This document shows, in pieces, positions 46,418 through 56,876 of a stretch of DNA of 64,000 nt. Every line of letters begins with the position of its first letter. Positions within the stretch are counted from its first letter, which is position 1. The DNA lies in the IMG/VR virus record IMGVR_UViG_3300025162_000016, positions 1 to 64,000 of that record; one strand, written 5' to 3'. The notes under the pieces were generated by a model that saw nothing but the letters and a program-made list of their open reading frames with translations, did not search any database and was not told the origin of the DNA. The translations under genes and the position numbers were made by a program.

Positions 46418-47070
46418 TGGAAAAAATTATACATCAAATTTGGGTTGGTAAATATAAAATGCCAAAAAGAGAAAAATCATTTGTTGAATTAATGAAACAA
46501 AAAAATTCCACATGGGAACATATGTTGTGGACAGATTTAGAAGTATTACAATTAAATATGCCCCCAAATATAAAAAATGCTTATAATTATTTCTTAAAAG
46601 ACGATGATTATGTTGCTCAAGCAGATATTTTAAGATTATTTTTAGTTTATGAATTTGGAGGTATATATCTAGATGTAGATTTTGAAACCAGAAAGGGATT
46701 TGATGAATTAAATCTTTTATCATATGATGGATTCATATGTTATCATGATACAGATATTAGAGTTGATACCATTCCTAATGGTATATTTGGTAGTAAAAAA
46801 GGTAATAAATTATTTGAATTTTTAAATAAAAATATATCATCTAATTATCATACTCCTTATGTTGTAGGAAAATTTATTAAACAATATTACAATTTAAATC
46901 TAGAAAAAACAGAACATCTTGGTGAAAATGGATTGTTAAATTATTTTAAAAGAGATAATATATTTTATATGCCATTTAATGACTTTCATAACAATTATTA
47001 TTTTCATCATGCGTTATATTCTCATTCACCAGAAATGAAACGAAAATTTAAAGAAGGAAAAATAGAATGA
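46417..47070 (+). CDS. Glycosyltransferase family 32 (DXD sugar-binding)
   Basis: KIIHQIWVG, ADILRL, GGIYLDVD. Confidence 0.85.
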   Translation: MEKIIHQIWVGKYKMPKREKSFVELMKQKNSTWEHMLWTDLEVLQLNMPPNIKNAYNYFLKDDDYVAQADILRLFLVYEFGGIYLDVDFETRKGFDELNLLSYDGFICYHDTDIRVDTIPNGIFGSKKGNKLFEFLNKNISSNYHTPYVVGKFIKQYYNLNLEKTEHLGENGLLNYFKRDNIFYMPFNDFHNNYYFHHALYSHSPEMKRKFKEGKIE

Positions 47071-47798
47071 CAAATCCAAAAATTACATGCCTCACGTCTA
47101 CTTATGGTAGATTATCAAAATTAAATGAAGCAGTTTCCTGCTTTTTAGATCAAGATTATGAAAATAAAAAATTAATAATTCTCAACAATCATCCAACACC
47201 TTTAATTTGTGATTTACCACAAATTATTGTATATAATGAACCAATATATCCTACTCTAGGAGATTGTAGAAATAGATTAATAGAATTAGCAGACGGTGAT
47301 TTTATCAGGACGTGGGATGACGATGATCTTTATATGCCTTGGACACTTTCTCAAGGAATAAAATATATAAAAGATAGTCCTGCATGGAAACCAAAAAAAT
47401 CTTGGTTTTGGTTAAAAGAAAAAAATCCTGAATTGGCTGAAAACGTATTTGAAGCTGCAATATTAATTAGAATTGACATTGCTAAAAAATATGGATATTT
47501 AAAATCTTCTGGAGGAAATGAACATGAAACTTTATGTAAAGGCATAGAAAAGGAGGGCGGTTGTAGTAACGACGACCTTGGTGATTTAGCATCTTATGTA
47601 TATCGGTGGGGATGGGGAAGTTGGCATATTTCAGGAAGTTTAGGTAGCAATACCATTGAAAATAGAACAAAAACGTGGTGTGAACATAATAATGATGTAC
47701 AAAACGGAATTATAAGAAAAGTAGATTTATCCGAATATTGGAGTCATTTCCCAACGTGGAATCCAAATTTACGAGCTTTCAACAAACAACTAGTTTAA
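47067..47798 (+). CDS. Glycosyltransferase family 2
   Basis: ITCLTSTYGR, FLDQDYEN, RTWDDDD. Confidence 0.8.
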   Translation: MTNPKITCLTSTYGRLSKLNEAVSCFLDQDYENKKLIILNNHPTPLICDLPQIIVYNEPIYPTLGDCRNRLIELADGDFIRTWDDDDLYMPWTLSQGIKYIKDSPAWKPKKSWFWLKEKNPELAENVFEAAILIRIDIAKKYGYLKSSGGNEHETLCKGIEKEGGCSNDDLGDLASYVYRWGWGSWHISGSLGSNTIENRTKTWCEHNNDVQNGIIRKVDLSEYWSHFPTWNPNLRAFNKQLV

Positions 47799-47853
47799 TT
47801 GGCTCGGTTCTTTTCAAATTAAATAAGCGTCAAGCTGATATGTATTAAGTAGA

Positions 47854-50214
47854 ATGTATATTGAAGTCCACAATGCAAATTACGGATATGCCACTGCCAC
47901 GTATGGGGATTACGTTGCCATCGGTAATCCAGTTTTCCTACGATATACCGGGAGCACTCCTGATGTATACTATACCGGATCGGTAGATGTTTTCCGATAT
48001 AATAAAACAACCGATCAACACGATTTAATTAACACTCTTTTTGTTCACGGGGCGGGATTAGAAACCCTATTAGCCACCGAACTAATTGATCCGTTATTAC
48101 ATACAGAATATGGATCTTACTGGTCGGCAGACTTGGACATCTGGATCGACAGAGAGAAATATTATTCTTCTATAGAAGATGGGACAGGTGTTTCTCTGGA
48201 TATGTATGCCAAAACACTGGTAGCGGGAGTTCCATATTATAGAGTAAGATTTAAGACCGATTATGTTGAATTATTTGCTTCGGGATCCGCCGTCGATATT
48301 TATGATTTCACACGAAAAGAGACAATTCCCGGCACAGACCCTTATGTTGGTTCTTTGATGAATCCACATAGTTATATAACTGAATCATTTGGAATAGGAG
48401 TGGGAATAAATAGCGAATGGATAGCAGTAGGATCTCCACTAGTAAGTTCTTCCTGCGGAATGGTATATGTTTATCAAAATATCTCAACTGGAAGTAATAA
48501 TTTTAGTTGGTCTCTTTTTCAAACAATAACTTCTCCAAATCCCATGCCAGAGCAGCAGTTTGGACGAAGTGTAAAATTAAATAAACAAAGTGGATATTAC
48601 AGTTCTAGTATGGTGGTTGGATGTGGACTATCTTCTTCAAATGAAGCTTATTATTTTGAGTTTATTAGCGGAAGTTGGATTTCCAGTTATACTTTTAAAC
48701 CAACCACCGATATTTACCCTTTAACATTCGGCAATTATCCTCCGTATGCTCCGACGATGAGTCTAAATAGTGGGTTTGGATACGATGTCTCTTTATTTAA
48801 TAATTCGGTTATTATTGGGGCGTATGCAGATAGATTGGTATACGAGTATACCGGCTCCTCTCAATTTCAACAGGGTGCCGTGTATATATTTGAAAAATGT
48901 CATGACGTGCCGTTATCCAAGTTTCGATTGGCGTTAAAAACATATGGAACCCCCCTCACATTAAGAAACAATAGAATGGGATTTTCGGTTGATATGTTTG
49001 ATAAATATGCCGTTGCCGGTATACCCAAAATAGATTCATTAGATATGACGCCTTGTTTCGTTCAAGGTACATTAGGGCAACTTCACTATTGCGATCAAGC
49101 ATTGGAAGACATGTTGCAAGGTCAAGCTATGTTACTTGAAAAGAACACTTCTTCTTTAGATTGGGAAATTATAAATGTTTATCAAAAGAAAAAACGCTTT
49201 TTAAGTCCGCATCGACACTTCGGATGGGATGTTTCCGTTGACGGAAGGTCTATGGTCGTGGGTGCCCCCATGTATTATAGCGGTTCCAGATTTATTAATA
49301 TTGAGACAACTGCCAGCAGTGGAGTTACCATTGATGATATCGCAGGTAAAGCATATATTTATAATTTTCCTAATCTCCGACCCGAATTTCATGTTGGAAA
49401 CGTATTTTACCGAAATGGAAAAATTGTTATAATGACGTCCGGATCGGCATTCAATGGACTGTTTTTAAATCCCGTAAGCAATATAAATTATGAATATGAT
49501 TTAACTTACAACAGTCAAAGAACAATTCATGAACAACAGATTTTATGTAATGTGGAACCGGGAGAATTTAATGTTAGTACAAATCCATCCGCAATAATGT
49601 TACCTTCTTCGACATTAGATCTAAATAAAAATGGGAAATTTGATTTTCAAGATGTAGACGTTCTTTTAAGATATTTACAATATAAACAAGATTCAACCAC
49701 CGACTGGAGTTCTTCTATCTTGTCCGCCGATGATGAAATAAGTTTTTATAACTATAACGCATCACAGTGGAATAACACCGATTCAGTATGGAGTTCGAGT
49801 TTTTATAGATTTGAAAACGTCGATACCACTTTTATAGATTCTTTGGATATCAATTTCGATAATAAAATTAATGGCTCAGATATGATCGTATTGTGGAAAT
49901 ATTTTTCAAATAGATTGGAAGAAAAGAATTACAATACCTGTGTTAATATTAACTGTAAAAGAAAATTGGTAAGTGAAGCGATTAGTTATCTAAATTCAAT
50001 TTCAAAAAGACATTATCTTCCACAAATTTCTCCGGAGTTTTTTAACTATGATACTTTAAGCGCAGGGGATAAAACCGGATCATTTCTTGCACCGATGGTA
50101 TCTACAATTGGGCTATTTGACGGGCTAGATCTAGTTGCAGTGGCCAAATTAGGATCGCCGGTCAAACTCCCTAAAACATTATCAACAAATTTTTGCATCA
50201 AAATGGATTATTGA
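47854..50214 (+). CDS. Structural protein: FG-GAP-like repeats, EF-hand/dockerin-like loops, conserved C-half
   Basis: FGIGV..IAVGSP repeats; DLNKNGKFDFQD; HVGNVFYRNG..EFNVSTNPS..TIGLFD..LVAVAKL. Confidence 0.6.
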   Translation: MYIEVHNANYGYATATYGDYVAIGNPVFLRYTGSTPDVYYTGSVDVFRYNKTTDQHDLINTLFVHGAGLETLLATELIDPLLHTEYGSYWSADLDIWIDREKYYSSIEDGTGVSLDMYAKTLVAGVPYYRVRFKTDYVELFASGSAVDIYDFTRKETIPGTDPYVGSLMNPHSYITESFGIGVGINSEWIAVGSPLVSSSCGMVYVYQNISTGSNNFSWSLFQTITSPNPMPEQQFGRSVKLNKQSGYYSSSMVVGCGLSSSNEAYYFEFISGSWISSYTFKPTTDIYPLTFGNYPPYAPTMSLNSGFGYDVSLFNNSVIIGAYADRLVYEYTGSSQFQQGAVYIFEKCHDVPLSKFRLALKTYGTPLTLRNNRMGFSVDMFDKYAVAGIPKIDSLDMTPCFVQGTLGQLHYCDQALEDMLQGQAMLLEKNTSSLDWEIINVYQKKKRFLSPHRHFGWDVSVDGRSMVVGAPMYYSGSRFINIETTASSGVTIDDIAGKAYIYNFPNLRPEFHVGNVFYRNGKIVIMTSGSAFNGLFLNPVSNINYEYDLTYNSQRTIHEQQILCNVEPGEFNVSTNPSAIMLPSSTLDLNKNGKFDFQDVDVLLRYLQYKQDSTTDWSSSILSADDEISFYNYNASQWNNTDSVWSSSFYRFENVDTTFIDSLDINFDNKINGSDMIVLWKYFSNRLEEKNYNTCVNINCKRKLVSEAISYLNSISKRHYLPQISPEFFNYDTLSAGDKTGSFLAPMVSTIGLFDGLDLVAVAKLGSPVKLPKTLSTNFCIKMDY

Positions 50215-50243
50215 TGATATTTATAGTTAGGAAATAACAACAT

Positions 50244-50576
50244 ATGCCAACACTTAATATTAAAACGGAAAATGCGAGACCCGCATTGACTCAAAATCTT
50301 AAAGACTTATATGCCGCAATGCATGTAGGGGGGACGTATGATGCTAAAGCTCAAGTCATTACAGATGGGACTCATAATGAATTGTTAGATGTGTTTGGAA
50401 CGGGAGAAGCCAGTAAAACCGTTAAAGGATTCAAAACTAAAATGCAAGAATGGGCAACTGAATTCATAATGGCAAAAGACGCACCGAATGAAGGGAAAGA
50501 AACAACTGGATTGTTAACTAGCGTGTTTGGACACCATTCCACTACTCGTTATAGTAATGGCCGAATTCAAGATTAA
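50244..50576 (+). CDS. Hypothetical protein
   Basis: ORF after the ATATTTATA motif. Confidence 0.6.
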   Translation: MPTLNIKTENARPALTQNLKDLYAAMHVGGTYDAKAQVITDGTHNELLDVFGTGEASKTVKGFKTKMQEWATEFIMAKDAPNEGKETTGLLTSVFGHHSTTRYSNGRIQD

Positions 50577-50590
50577 AAAACTAAAAAGTT

Positions 50591-51004
50591 ATGTCGGATT
50601 TAGGACATTGGATGCTTCCTGCTGATGCATTACAGGATATTCCTGTAGATTCCATTGGATTTGTTTATTGTATTACTAATAAAACTACTAATAAAAAATA
50701 CATTGGCAAAAAACTATTAGAAAATAAAAAGAAAAGAAAGCCATTGAAAGGTAGGGTTAATTCTAGAAGATATAAAGTAGAATCTAATTGGAAAGAATAT
50801 ACCGGATCATCTCCTATATTAAATGCAGATATAGAAAAATGCGGCAAAGAAAACTTTATATTTGATATTTTATCTTTTCAACCATCTAAACTTCTGTTAG
50901 CATATTGGGAAACTAAAACTATTATAGATCGAAATGCTATTTTTAGTAATGAATACTATAATGAAGTTTGTAACTTACGAATACGCAATAGAAAATCACA
51001 ATGA
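50591..51004 (+). CDS. GIY-YIG nuclease family protein
   Basis: GFVYCITN..KKYIGKK; YTGSS; YYNE. Confidence 0.75.
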   Translation: MSDLGHWMLPADALQDIPVDSIGFVYCITNKTTNKKYIGKKLLENKKKRKPLKGRVNSRRYKVESNWKEYTGSSPILNADIEKCGKENFIFDILSFQPSKLLLAYWETKTIIDRNAIFSNEYYNEVCNLRIRNRKSQ

Positions 51005-51303
51005 AATCCGGTTATTTATATATTGTTATAAATCCTGCCTTTCCGTTATGGTGCAAAATAGGCATCACTACCAATCTTAAAGAACGAATTTATTTGTACC
51101 AAACTTGTGATCCCCACCGAGGATACAAACTGGTGTATTCCCTTTATCATCCGGATTACAAAGAAGCTGAGAAAAAAATAAAAAAAGCTATAAAACCATT
51201 CGCAAAATCAATTAAAAACGAATGGGCCGAAATTGATTTGGAAATGTGTAAAAGTCGCCTTCAAGAGTCGCTCGAATCCTATCAATCTGGCGAGTGGATG
51301 TGA
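51001..51303 (+). CDS. T5orf172-like (GIY-YIG superfamily) protein; stop codon supplied by the IS end
   Basis: GYLYIV..KIGITTNLKER..Q..DP; AE..I; NEW. Confidence 0.65.
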   Translation: MKSGYLYIVINPAFPLWCKIGITTNLKERIYLYQTCDPHRGYKLVYSLYHPDYKEAEKKIKKAIKPFAKSIKNEWAEIDLEMCKSRLQESLESYQSGEWM

Positions 51304-52525
51304 AAACTCCCCTACCCTAAAGGGATAGGGGCTTCTATGCTGTTCACAGCAAGAGATTGTCTTCCCAATCTCAAAATGTTTCTTGCCGCATTTATGTCTC
51401 TATCCATAGATAGACCACACGAACAATTGAAAACTCGATCTTTCAACTCCATTATCGTTCTCGTTCCACATTGGCTGCAAGTTTGACTAGTATAGGCAGG
51501 GTTGATTTTTATCAATATCTTATCAGCATATGCTGCTTTATAAGATATTATGTTTCCAAACATACTCCACGCTACATCATTTATCTGTTTACTACACCAT
51601 CTTTTCTTTAACAATTTATTTGTTTCAATATCTTCTATAAATATAAAATCATATCTGTTTAATATACCATTTGTTGTTTTGTGAAGAAAATCATTTCTCT
51701 TATTTACAATTCTCTCATGAATTCTTCTAGCAACTTTCCATTTTTTCTGTCTCTGTTTTTTTGCTAATTGCTTTTGCTCTTTCTCAAAAAATCGTGGATT
51801 GTTTATTTTAGTTCCATCATCAAAAGTGGCAAAAGATAGAATCCCAACATCTATTCCAGTTTCTTTACCTGTTCTTCTAAATTGTTTTTTATTATTTGGA
51901 ATATCGCAACAAGATATAGAAACGAACCATTTATTTGTTGGGGTTTTGGCTATGGTTATAGTTTTTGGAGTTCCAAATAATTTTCTATGTAATACAATAT
52001 CAACTTCTCCTACTTTTGATAATAATAATTTATTTTCTTTTATTTCGCACCCATTATTATATTGCGGGTAACAAATAGAAAAATATCTACCTTTTCCACG
52101 AAATCTAGGATATCCCGGAGTATCTCCATTTTTCAATCTTCTAAAAAATCCTTGGTATGCTAAATCAACTCTTATTGCTACATTTTGTAAACATTGAGAA
52201 TATACAGAAGTTAGTTGGGGATATGTTTCTTTTAAAATTGGTATTTGTTTGATTGAATCATAACAAGACACAGACTTCTTTTCTTTTTCCCAACTATTCT
52301 TTCTAATTTCAAGTAAATGATTATAGAGAAACCTACAAGTTTCCAACTGGTTATTCAGGATTGTCTCCTGTTTCTTTGTTGGATATATTCTGTATTTATA
52401 TGTAAGTTTCATTTTCTACATATATGTATATCAAAGAATGTGAAAACGTTGATTTATTTTGAATTATTTTTCTCTTGGTCGAATTCATCCCCAAGGCTAA
52501 AGCCGTTGGGGTTTTCTTCTCCCAA
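51300..52525 (-). mobile_element. IS200/IS605-family tnpB-only element
   Basis: Left-end hairpin 52489-52511 plus ATGAATT; right-end hairpin CCCCTATCCCT/AGGGTAGGGG ending TTCAC at 51300. Confidence 0.8.
51312..52412 (-). CDS. tnpB: RNA-guided endonuclease TnpB, close paralogue of 7596..8672
   Basis: GIDVG, FIEDI, DRDINAA; CSQC/CSC zinc finger. Confidence 0.92.
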   Translation of the reverse strand: MKLTYKYRIYPTKKQETILNNQLETCRFLYNHLLEIRKNSWEKEKKSVSCYDSIKQIPILKETYPQLTSVYSQCLQNVAIRVDLAYQGFFRRLKNGDTPGYPRFRGKGRYFSICYPQYNNGCEIKENKLLLSKVGEVDIVLHRKLFGTPKTITIAKTPTNKWFVSISCCDIPNNKKQFRRTGKETGIDVGILSFATFDDGTKINNPRFFEKEQKQLAKKQRQKKWKVARRIHERIVNKRNDFLHKTTNGILNRYDFIFIEDIETNKLLKKRWCSKQINDVAWSMFGNIISYKAAYADKILIKINPAYTSQTCSQCGTRTIMELKDRVFNCSCGLSMDRDINAARNILRLGRQSLAVNSIEAPIPLG

Positions 52526-52572
52526 GATTATAAAAAGTTGTGTTTTCTTGAGTTTCTGATAGTGTTTACCTC

Positions 52573-53538
52573 ATGATTTTACAGTCGAATCTCCTTTCTC
52601 TTCTTAATGAATTGATTGGTCAGAATGCCAAACTTCGAAAAGGAGGCACTCAGGCAGTTTATTTTTGTAAATGTGGGCATTACAAGCGAAAACTTGAAGT
52701 TTTATTAGACCCGCCGTTTTATTTTAATTGTTGGGTGTGTCATTTTTCCGGAAATATTTACACGCTGTTCAGAGAATACAATGCCCAACCATCTCATTAT
52801 AATCGGCTACAAGATATCGTCGGAGATTCGGGCGGTTTCCATTTAAAAGGAGACGAAAATAAAAAAACAGACTTGTCTTTACCCGAGGATTTTATATCTT
52901 TGGCCACTCCCCCAAAGCCCGATGCGCTTTATTCAGAACACATGCAGGAGTATCGTAGAGCAATGGCATATTTGAAAGGCCGTGACATAACGATAGAGGA
53001 TATTTGTCGGTATAATATGGGTTACTGTGAAGCCGGAATTTATAGGGATTGTATTATTGTCCCATCTTACGACGATGAAGGAAAACTTAACTATTTCTCG
53101 TCTCGTTATTATTATCCGCATCCGTGGCTGAAATACAAGAATGCCCCGTTTTCAAAGAACATTGTCGGGTTCGAATGCTTCATCAATTATGATGCCGACA
53201 TTGGAGTTACAATAACGGAAGGAGTATTTGACGCAATATCCGTTCGAAACAATGCCATCCCAATGTTTGGAACATTCCCATCAAGAAAACTATTGGATTG
53301 TCTTGGATTACATAGAGTTAAACGTGTTAATATATGTCTAGATTCAGATGCTATTAAAGAAGCATTAAAAATATATGAAAAACTTGTTCTAGACGGGACT
53401 GCATCCGAAAATATTCACCTTCTGGTTCTACCTGAAAAAGATCCATCCGAAATGGGATTTGATTGGATTCATCGTATTATAACTCAATCCAAACCAATTT
53501 CTATGAAAGAGGTTGTGGAATTAAAATCAAAATATTGA
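52573..53538 (+). CDS. DNA primase (zinc finger plus TOPRIM)
   Basis: CKC..H..NCWVC; ITEGVFDA; CLDSDA. Confidence 0.85.
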   Translation: MILQSNLLSLLNELIGQNAKLRKGGTQAVYFCKCGHYKRKLEVLLDPPFYFNCWVCHFSGNIYTLFREYNAQPSHYNRLQDIVGDSGGFHLKGDENKKTDLSLPEDFISLATPPKPDALYSEHMQEYRRAMAYLKGRDITIEDICRYNMGYCEAGIYRDCIIVPSYDDEGKLNYFSSRYYYPHPWLKYKNAPFSKNIVGFECFINYDADIGVTITEGVFDAISVRNNAIPMFGTFPSRKLLDCLGLHRVKRVNICLDSDAIKEALKIYEKLVLDGTASENIHLLVLPEKDPSEMGFDWIHRIITQSKPISMKEVVELKSKY

Positions 53539-53698
53539 TGTAAACGGAAATCTAAGACCCAAAGATGCATTAAGAGAAAAAGAAATAAGAGATCATTTGA
53601 AATGTACATTTGTAAGAATAAAAGAAACCAATTTCAATGAAGAAGACGCAATAAAAATTATTTATGAAAGTATTACAAGTTCGGAATCAAAACTTTAA
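53525..53698 (+). pseudogene. Start-less C-terminal remnant of a homing-endonuclease-like gene
   Basis: Frame IDVNGNLRPKDALREKEIRDHLKCTFVRIKE; no start codon; overlaps both neighbours. Confidence 0.45.
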
Positions 53699-56600
53699 AA
53701 GAATAATCCATCTGGCAGATGTTCATATTCGTCTTTTAAAACGACATATAGAATATAAAGAAGTATTCGATAAATTTTTTGAAGAGATATCCATATTATC
53801 GAAAGAAGAAACTTGTATCTGTATTCTCGGAGATGTTTTTCATTCAAAAACCGATCTTCAACCGGAATCTATAGAACTATGTAATTATTTTCTGTCGGGG
53901 TGTGCTAATAGGTTTCCAACTATTTTAATAGCGGGAAATCACGACGCTATTTTATCTAATAAAACAAGATTGGATTCGTTATCTCCAATCGTCAAGGCGT
54001 TAAATAATCCTAATTTGTATTATCTTAACAAAACCGATTTATATGGATTTGGAAATATCCTATTTAACAACATGTGTATTTTCGATGATCCAGAGAAATA
54101 CATGAAGGGATATGATATTCCAGAGGTATATCGAAATCAATATTCTCATATTATAGCACTTTTCCATGGAGCAGTGGATGGGTCAGTTACAGATACCGGA
54201 TTTCGAATGAATAATCCCGCTATCATGCCCCCGTTATTTGATTGGCATCATATCGCATTATTAGGAGATATACACAAAAGACAGAATATACAGGAAGCAA
54301 TACCAGAAGAACATAAACCGTGCATTCATTTTTGCGGCTCATTATTGCAACAAAATCATGGAGAATCTTTACACGGTCATGGATATACATTATGGGATTT
54401 AAAAGATTATTCTTATAAACACGTTGAAGTTCTCAATGATTATGGACATTTTACATTAGAATTAAATGGCGGGCAAATATTAACTAATTTAGACGATTTG
54501 CCGAAAAAAACATATCTTCGAATAAAATGTTTAGATACTATACCTTCAGAGGTCAAAGCTACCGAAGCAAAACTTTCATTGCTTACAGAAATAGTTGAAA
54601 CTGCCAGAATTCGTATTGAGTCTGAAACAGATAAACAGGCAAAAAAAGAACGAGTTTGTAAAGATGTGAAATTGGCAGAAATTGCAGATGTCGATTATCA
54701 AAATAAACTTATTACTGAATTTCTAGAAGTTAAAGAGAATCTTCGAGACAAATCTAAGGTTGATAAAATTCTTCTTATTAATAGAGAAGTTAATACCGAA
54801 ATTAAAAAAGATGAGTTTGCTCGTAATATTAAATGGATTCCTATTAAATTCGAATGGTCGAATATGTTTGTTTATGGAGAAAATAACGTTATAGATTTCA
54901 CTCAAATGCGTGGAACCTATGGCGTATTTGGACCAAATACATGTGGCAAATCCAGTATATTTTCCGCATTGTGTTTCTGTATGTTTGATAAATGGGATAG
55001 AGGATATAAATCTATCGTGGCTCGTAATGTTTCTACACAGGGATTTCACTGTAAGTTTGAATTTGAAATTAGTGGTATACGTTACTTTATAGAAAAAACC
55101 GGAGAAACCACTAAGGGTGGGAACGTTCGTGTCGAAGTTAATTTTTGGAGAATAGTGGACAGGGTTGTGCAAGATCTGACAGATGTGATGCGCCGTAAAA
55201 CCAATGATGTTATTCGTGATTATGTTGGAACATTTGAGGATTTTATTGTTACCACGTTGTCAGTTCAAACTGTAACTAAAAACACGATTTCATTTATTGA
55301 TTTAGGAAATACTGAACGAAAAGATCTTTTAGTTCAGTTTATGGGGCTTAATGTTTTTGATAAATTGTATGATGCGGCTTATGCTAAAGGAAAAGAGTTA
55401 ACTATTGAACTTAAACCACATAAAGATAAAAATTATATAAAGGACTTGGATGATACCGAGGCAACATTAAAATACACGCAGTTAGCGATTGGGGAATGTC
55501 AACATGTTGCGGAGGACGTATCTCGACAGGTCAAAGAAGTCAATGATAATATTGTGATTGAAACCACAAAATTAATAAAATTGGATAACGAAGTGCCTAC
55601 TGATATTCTTTTTCTGGAAAAGAAACGTTTATCTTCCATCGCAGAGACGGAAAAACTAATAAAACAGATTGGCATTGATAAACCGAAATTAGAAATTTAT
55701 CGCAAAAAAATGCTGGAGTTGAACGAACAACTTTCAGAAATCATTGCGGCAGATTTGGTTAAAGAACATAAAAAATATAATGAAATTTGTAAGCAATTGA
55801 ATGATGAAACTCGTAAATATGAACTTAAAAAAGTTGAGATTAAAAATAAACTAGATAAATTAAAAAAACTGGAGGAATATAAATACGATCCGAACTGTGT
55901 TTTTTGTGTCGAAAATGTGTTCGTAAAAGATGCCCGACAAACGAAATCCGTTCTAAAAACGGATCAGGAAGAGATGAACATAGCATTTGCCTCTATCACA
56001 AAACTCAAAGAACAACAGAAGGAATGTGATTGGGTAGATGCCGCATATCAGCATTATACTAAATTATTAAATGATCATAGTAAAGCTAAAGATGATTTTA
56101 CTACATTAAATACCAAAATCCTTTTAACCGAGAAAGATGTCGAAAAGGGAACCCAATCACTGTTAGAAACCGAACGTAAAATCGAACTTTATCATCGAAA
56201 TCAAATTGCATTGGAAAATAACCAAAAGATCAACCTAATCATTTTAACATATAAAAATACTCTAAATAAACTTGAATCTACATTTAATTCTAATAATAAA
56301 AAACTACTTGAATTGGTAGGGAAAGAACAAGTTCTAAAGGGAACGGTTCAAACTGTAACGGAAACCATTCAAAAAATGATTGATACTGAGGAAAAAAGGG
56401 AATTATATGAGTATTATTGTAGGGCGGTCGGACGCAATGGCATTCCTTACGTGGTTATTTGTAATACTATACCAGAGATTACTCGGGAAATTAATGCTAT
56501 TTTAACACAAACTACTGATTTTACGGTGGATATAGAATACGATGAGAAAAATATTACCCCTTATGTTAATTATGAAACAAAAGGACGCTGGGTAGTTGAG

Positions 56601-56876
56601 TCTTTAAGTGGGTTTGAACGGGTTATAACTTCAATTGCAATCCGAGTTGCTTTATGTAATATATCTAATCTACCCAGAAATAACTTCCTAATCGTGGATG
56701 AAGGCTGGGGGGCTCTTGATGCTCATAATTTATCATCTGTCCCGGTTTTACTATCGGTGTTAAAAAGTCATTTTGATTTTATAATAATCATTTCACACTT
56801 AAATGTATTGAGAGATTATACGGATAATCAAATAGAAATAAAACAAATAGGAAATTTTAGTAAAGTTACATTTTAG
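53664..56876 (+). CDS. Fused SbcD/Mre11 phosphoesterase and SbcC/Rad50 ATPase (gp47-gp46-like)
   Basis: HLADVH, GDVFH, AGNHD, GDIH; Walker A GPNTCGKS; CVFC hook; LSGFE; LIVDEG. Confidence 0.9.
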   Translation: MKVLQVRNQNFKRIIHLADVHIRLLKRHIEYKEVFDKFFEEISILSKEETCICILGDVFHSKTDLQPESIELCNYFLSGCANRFPTILIAGNHDAILSNKTRLDSLSPIVKALNNPNLYYLNKTDLYGFGNILFNNMCIFDDPEKYMKGYDIPEVYRNQYSHIIALFHGAVDGSVTDTGFRMNNPAIMPPLFDWHHIALLGDIHKRQNIQEAIPEEHKPCIHFCGSLLQQNHGESLHGHGYTLWDLKDYSYKHVEVLNDYGHFTLELNGGQILTNLDDLPKKTYLRIKCLDTIPSEVKATEAKLSLLTEIVETARIRIESETDKQAKKERVCKDVKLAEIADVDYQNKLITEFLEVKENLRDKSKVDKILLINREVNTEIKKDEFARNIKWIPIKFEWSNMFVYGENNVIDFTQMRGTYGVFGPNTCGKSSIFSALCFCMFDKWDRGYKSIVARNVSTQGFHCKFEFEISGIRYFIEKTGETTKGGNVRVEVNFWRIVDRVVQDLTDVMRRKTNDVIRDYVGTFEDFIVTTLSVQTVTKNTISFIDLGNTERKDLLVQFMGLNVFDKLYDAAYAKGKELTIELKPHKDKNYIKDLDDTEATLKYTQLAIGECQHVAEDVSRQVKEVNDNIVIETTKLIKLDNEVPTDILFLEKKRLSSIAETEKLIKQIGIDKPKLEIYRKKMLELNEQLSEIIAADLVKEHKKYNEICKQLNDETRKYELKKVEIKNKLDKLKKLEEYKYDPNCVFCVENVFVKDARQTKSVLKTDQEEMNIAFASITKLKEQQKECDWVDAAYQHYTKLLNDHSKAKDDFTTLNTKILLTEKDVEKGTQSLLETERKIELYHRNQIALENNQKINLIILTYKNTLNKLESTFNSNNKKLLELVGKEQVLKGTVQTVTETIQKMIDTEEKRELYEYYCRAVGRNGIPYVVICNTIPEITREINAILTQTTDFTVDIEYDEKNITPYVNYETKGRWVVESLSGFERVITSIAIRVALCNISNLPRNNFLIVDEGWGALDAHNLSSVPVLLSVLKSHFDFIIIISHLNVLRDYTDNQIEIKQIGNFSKVTF

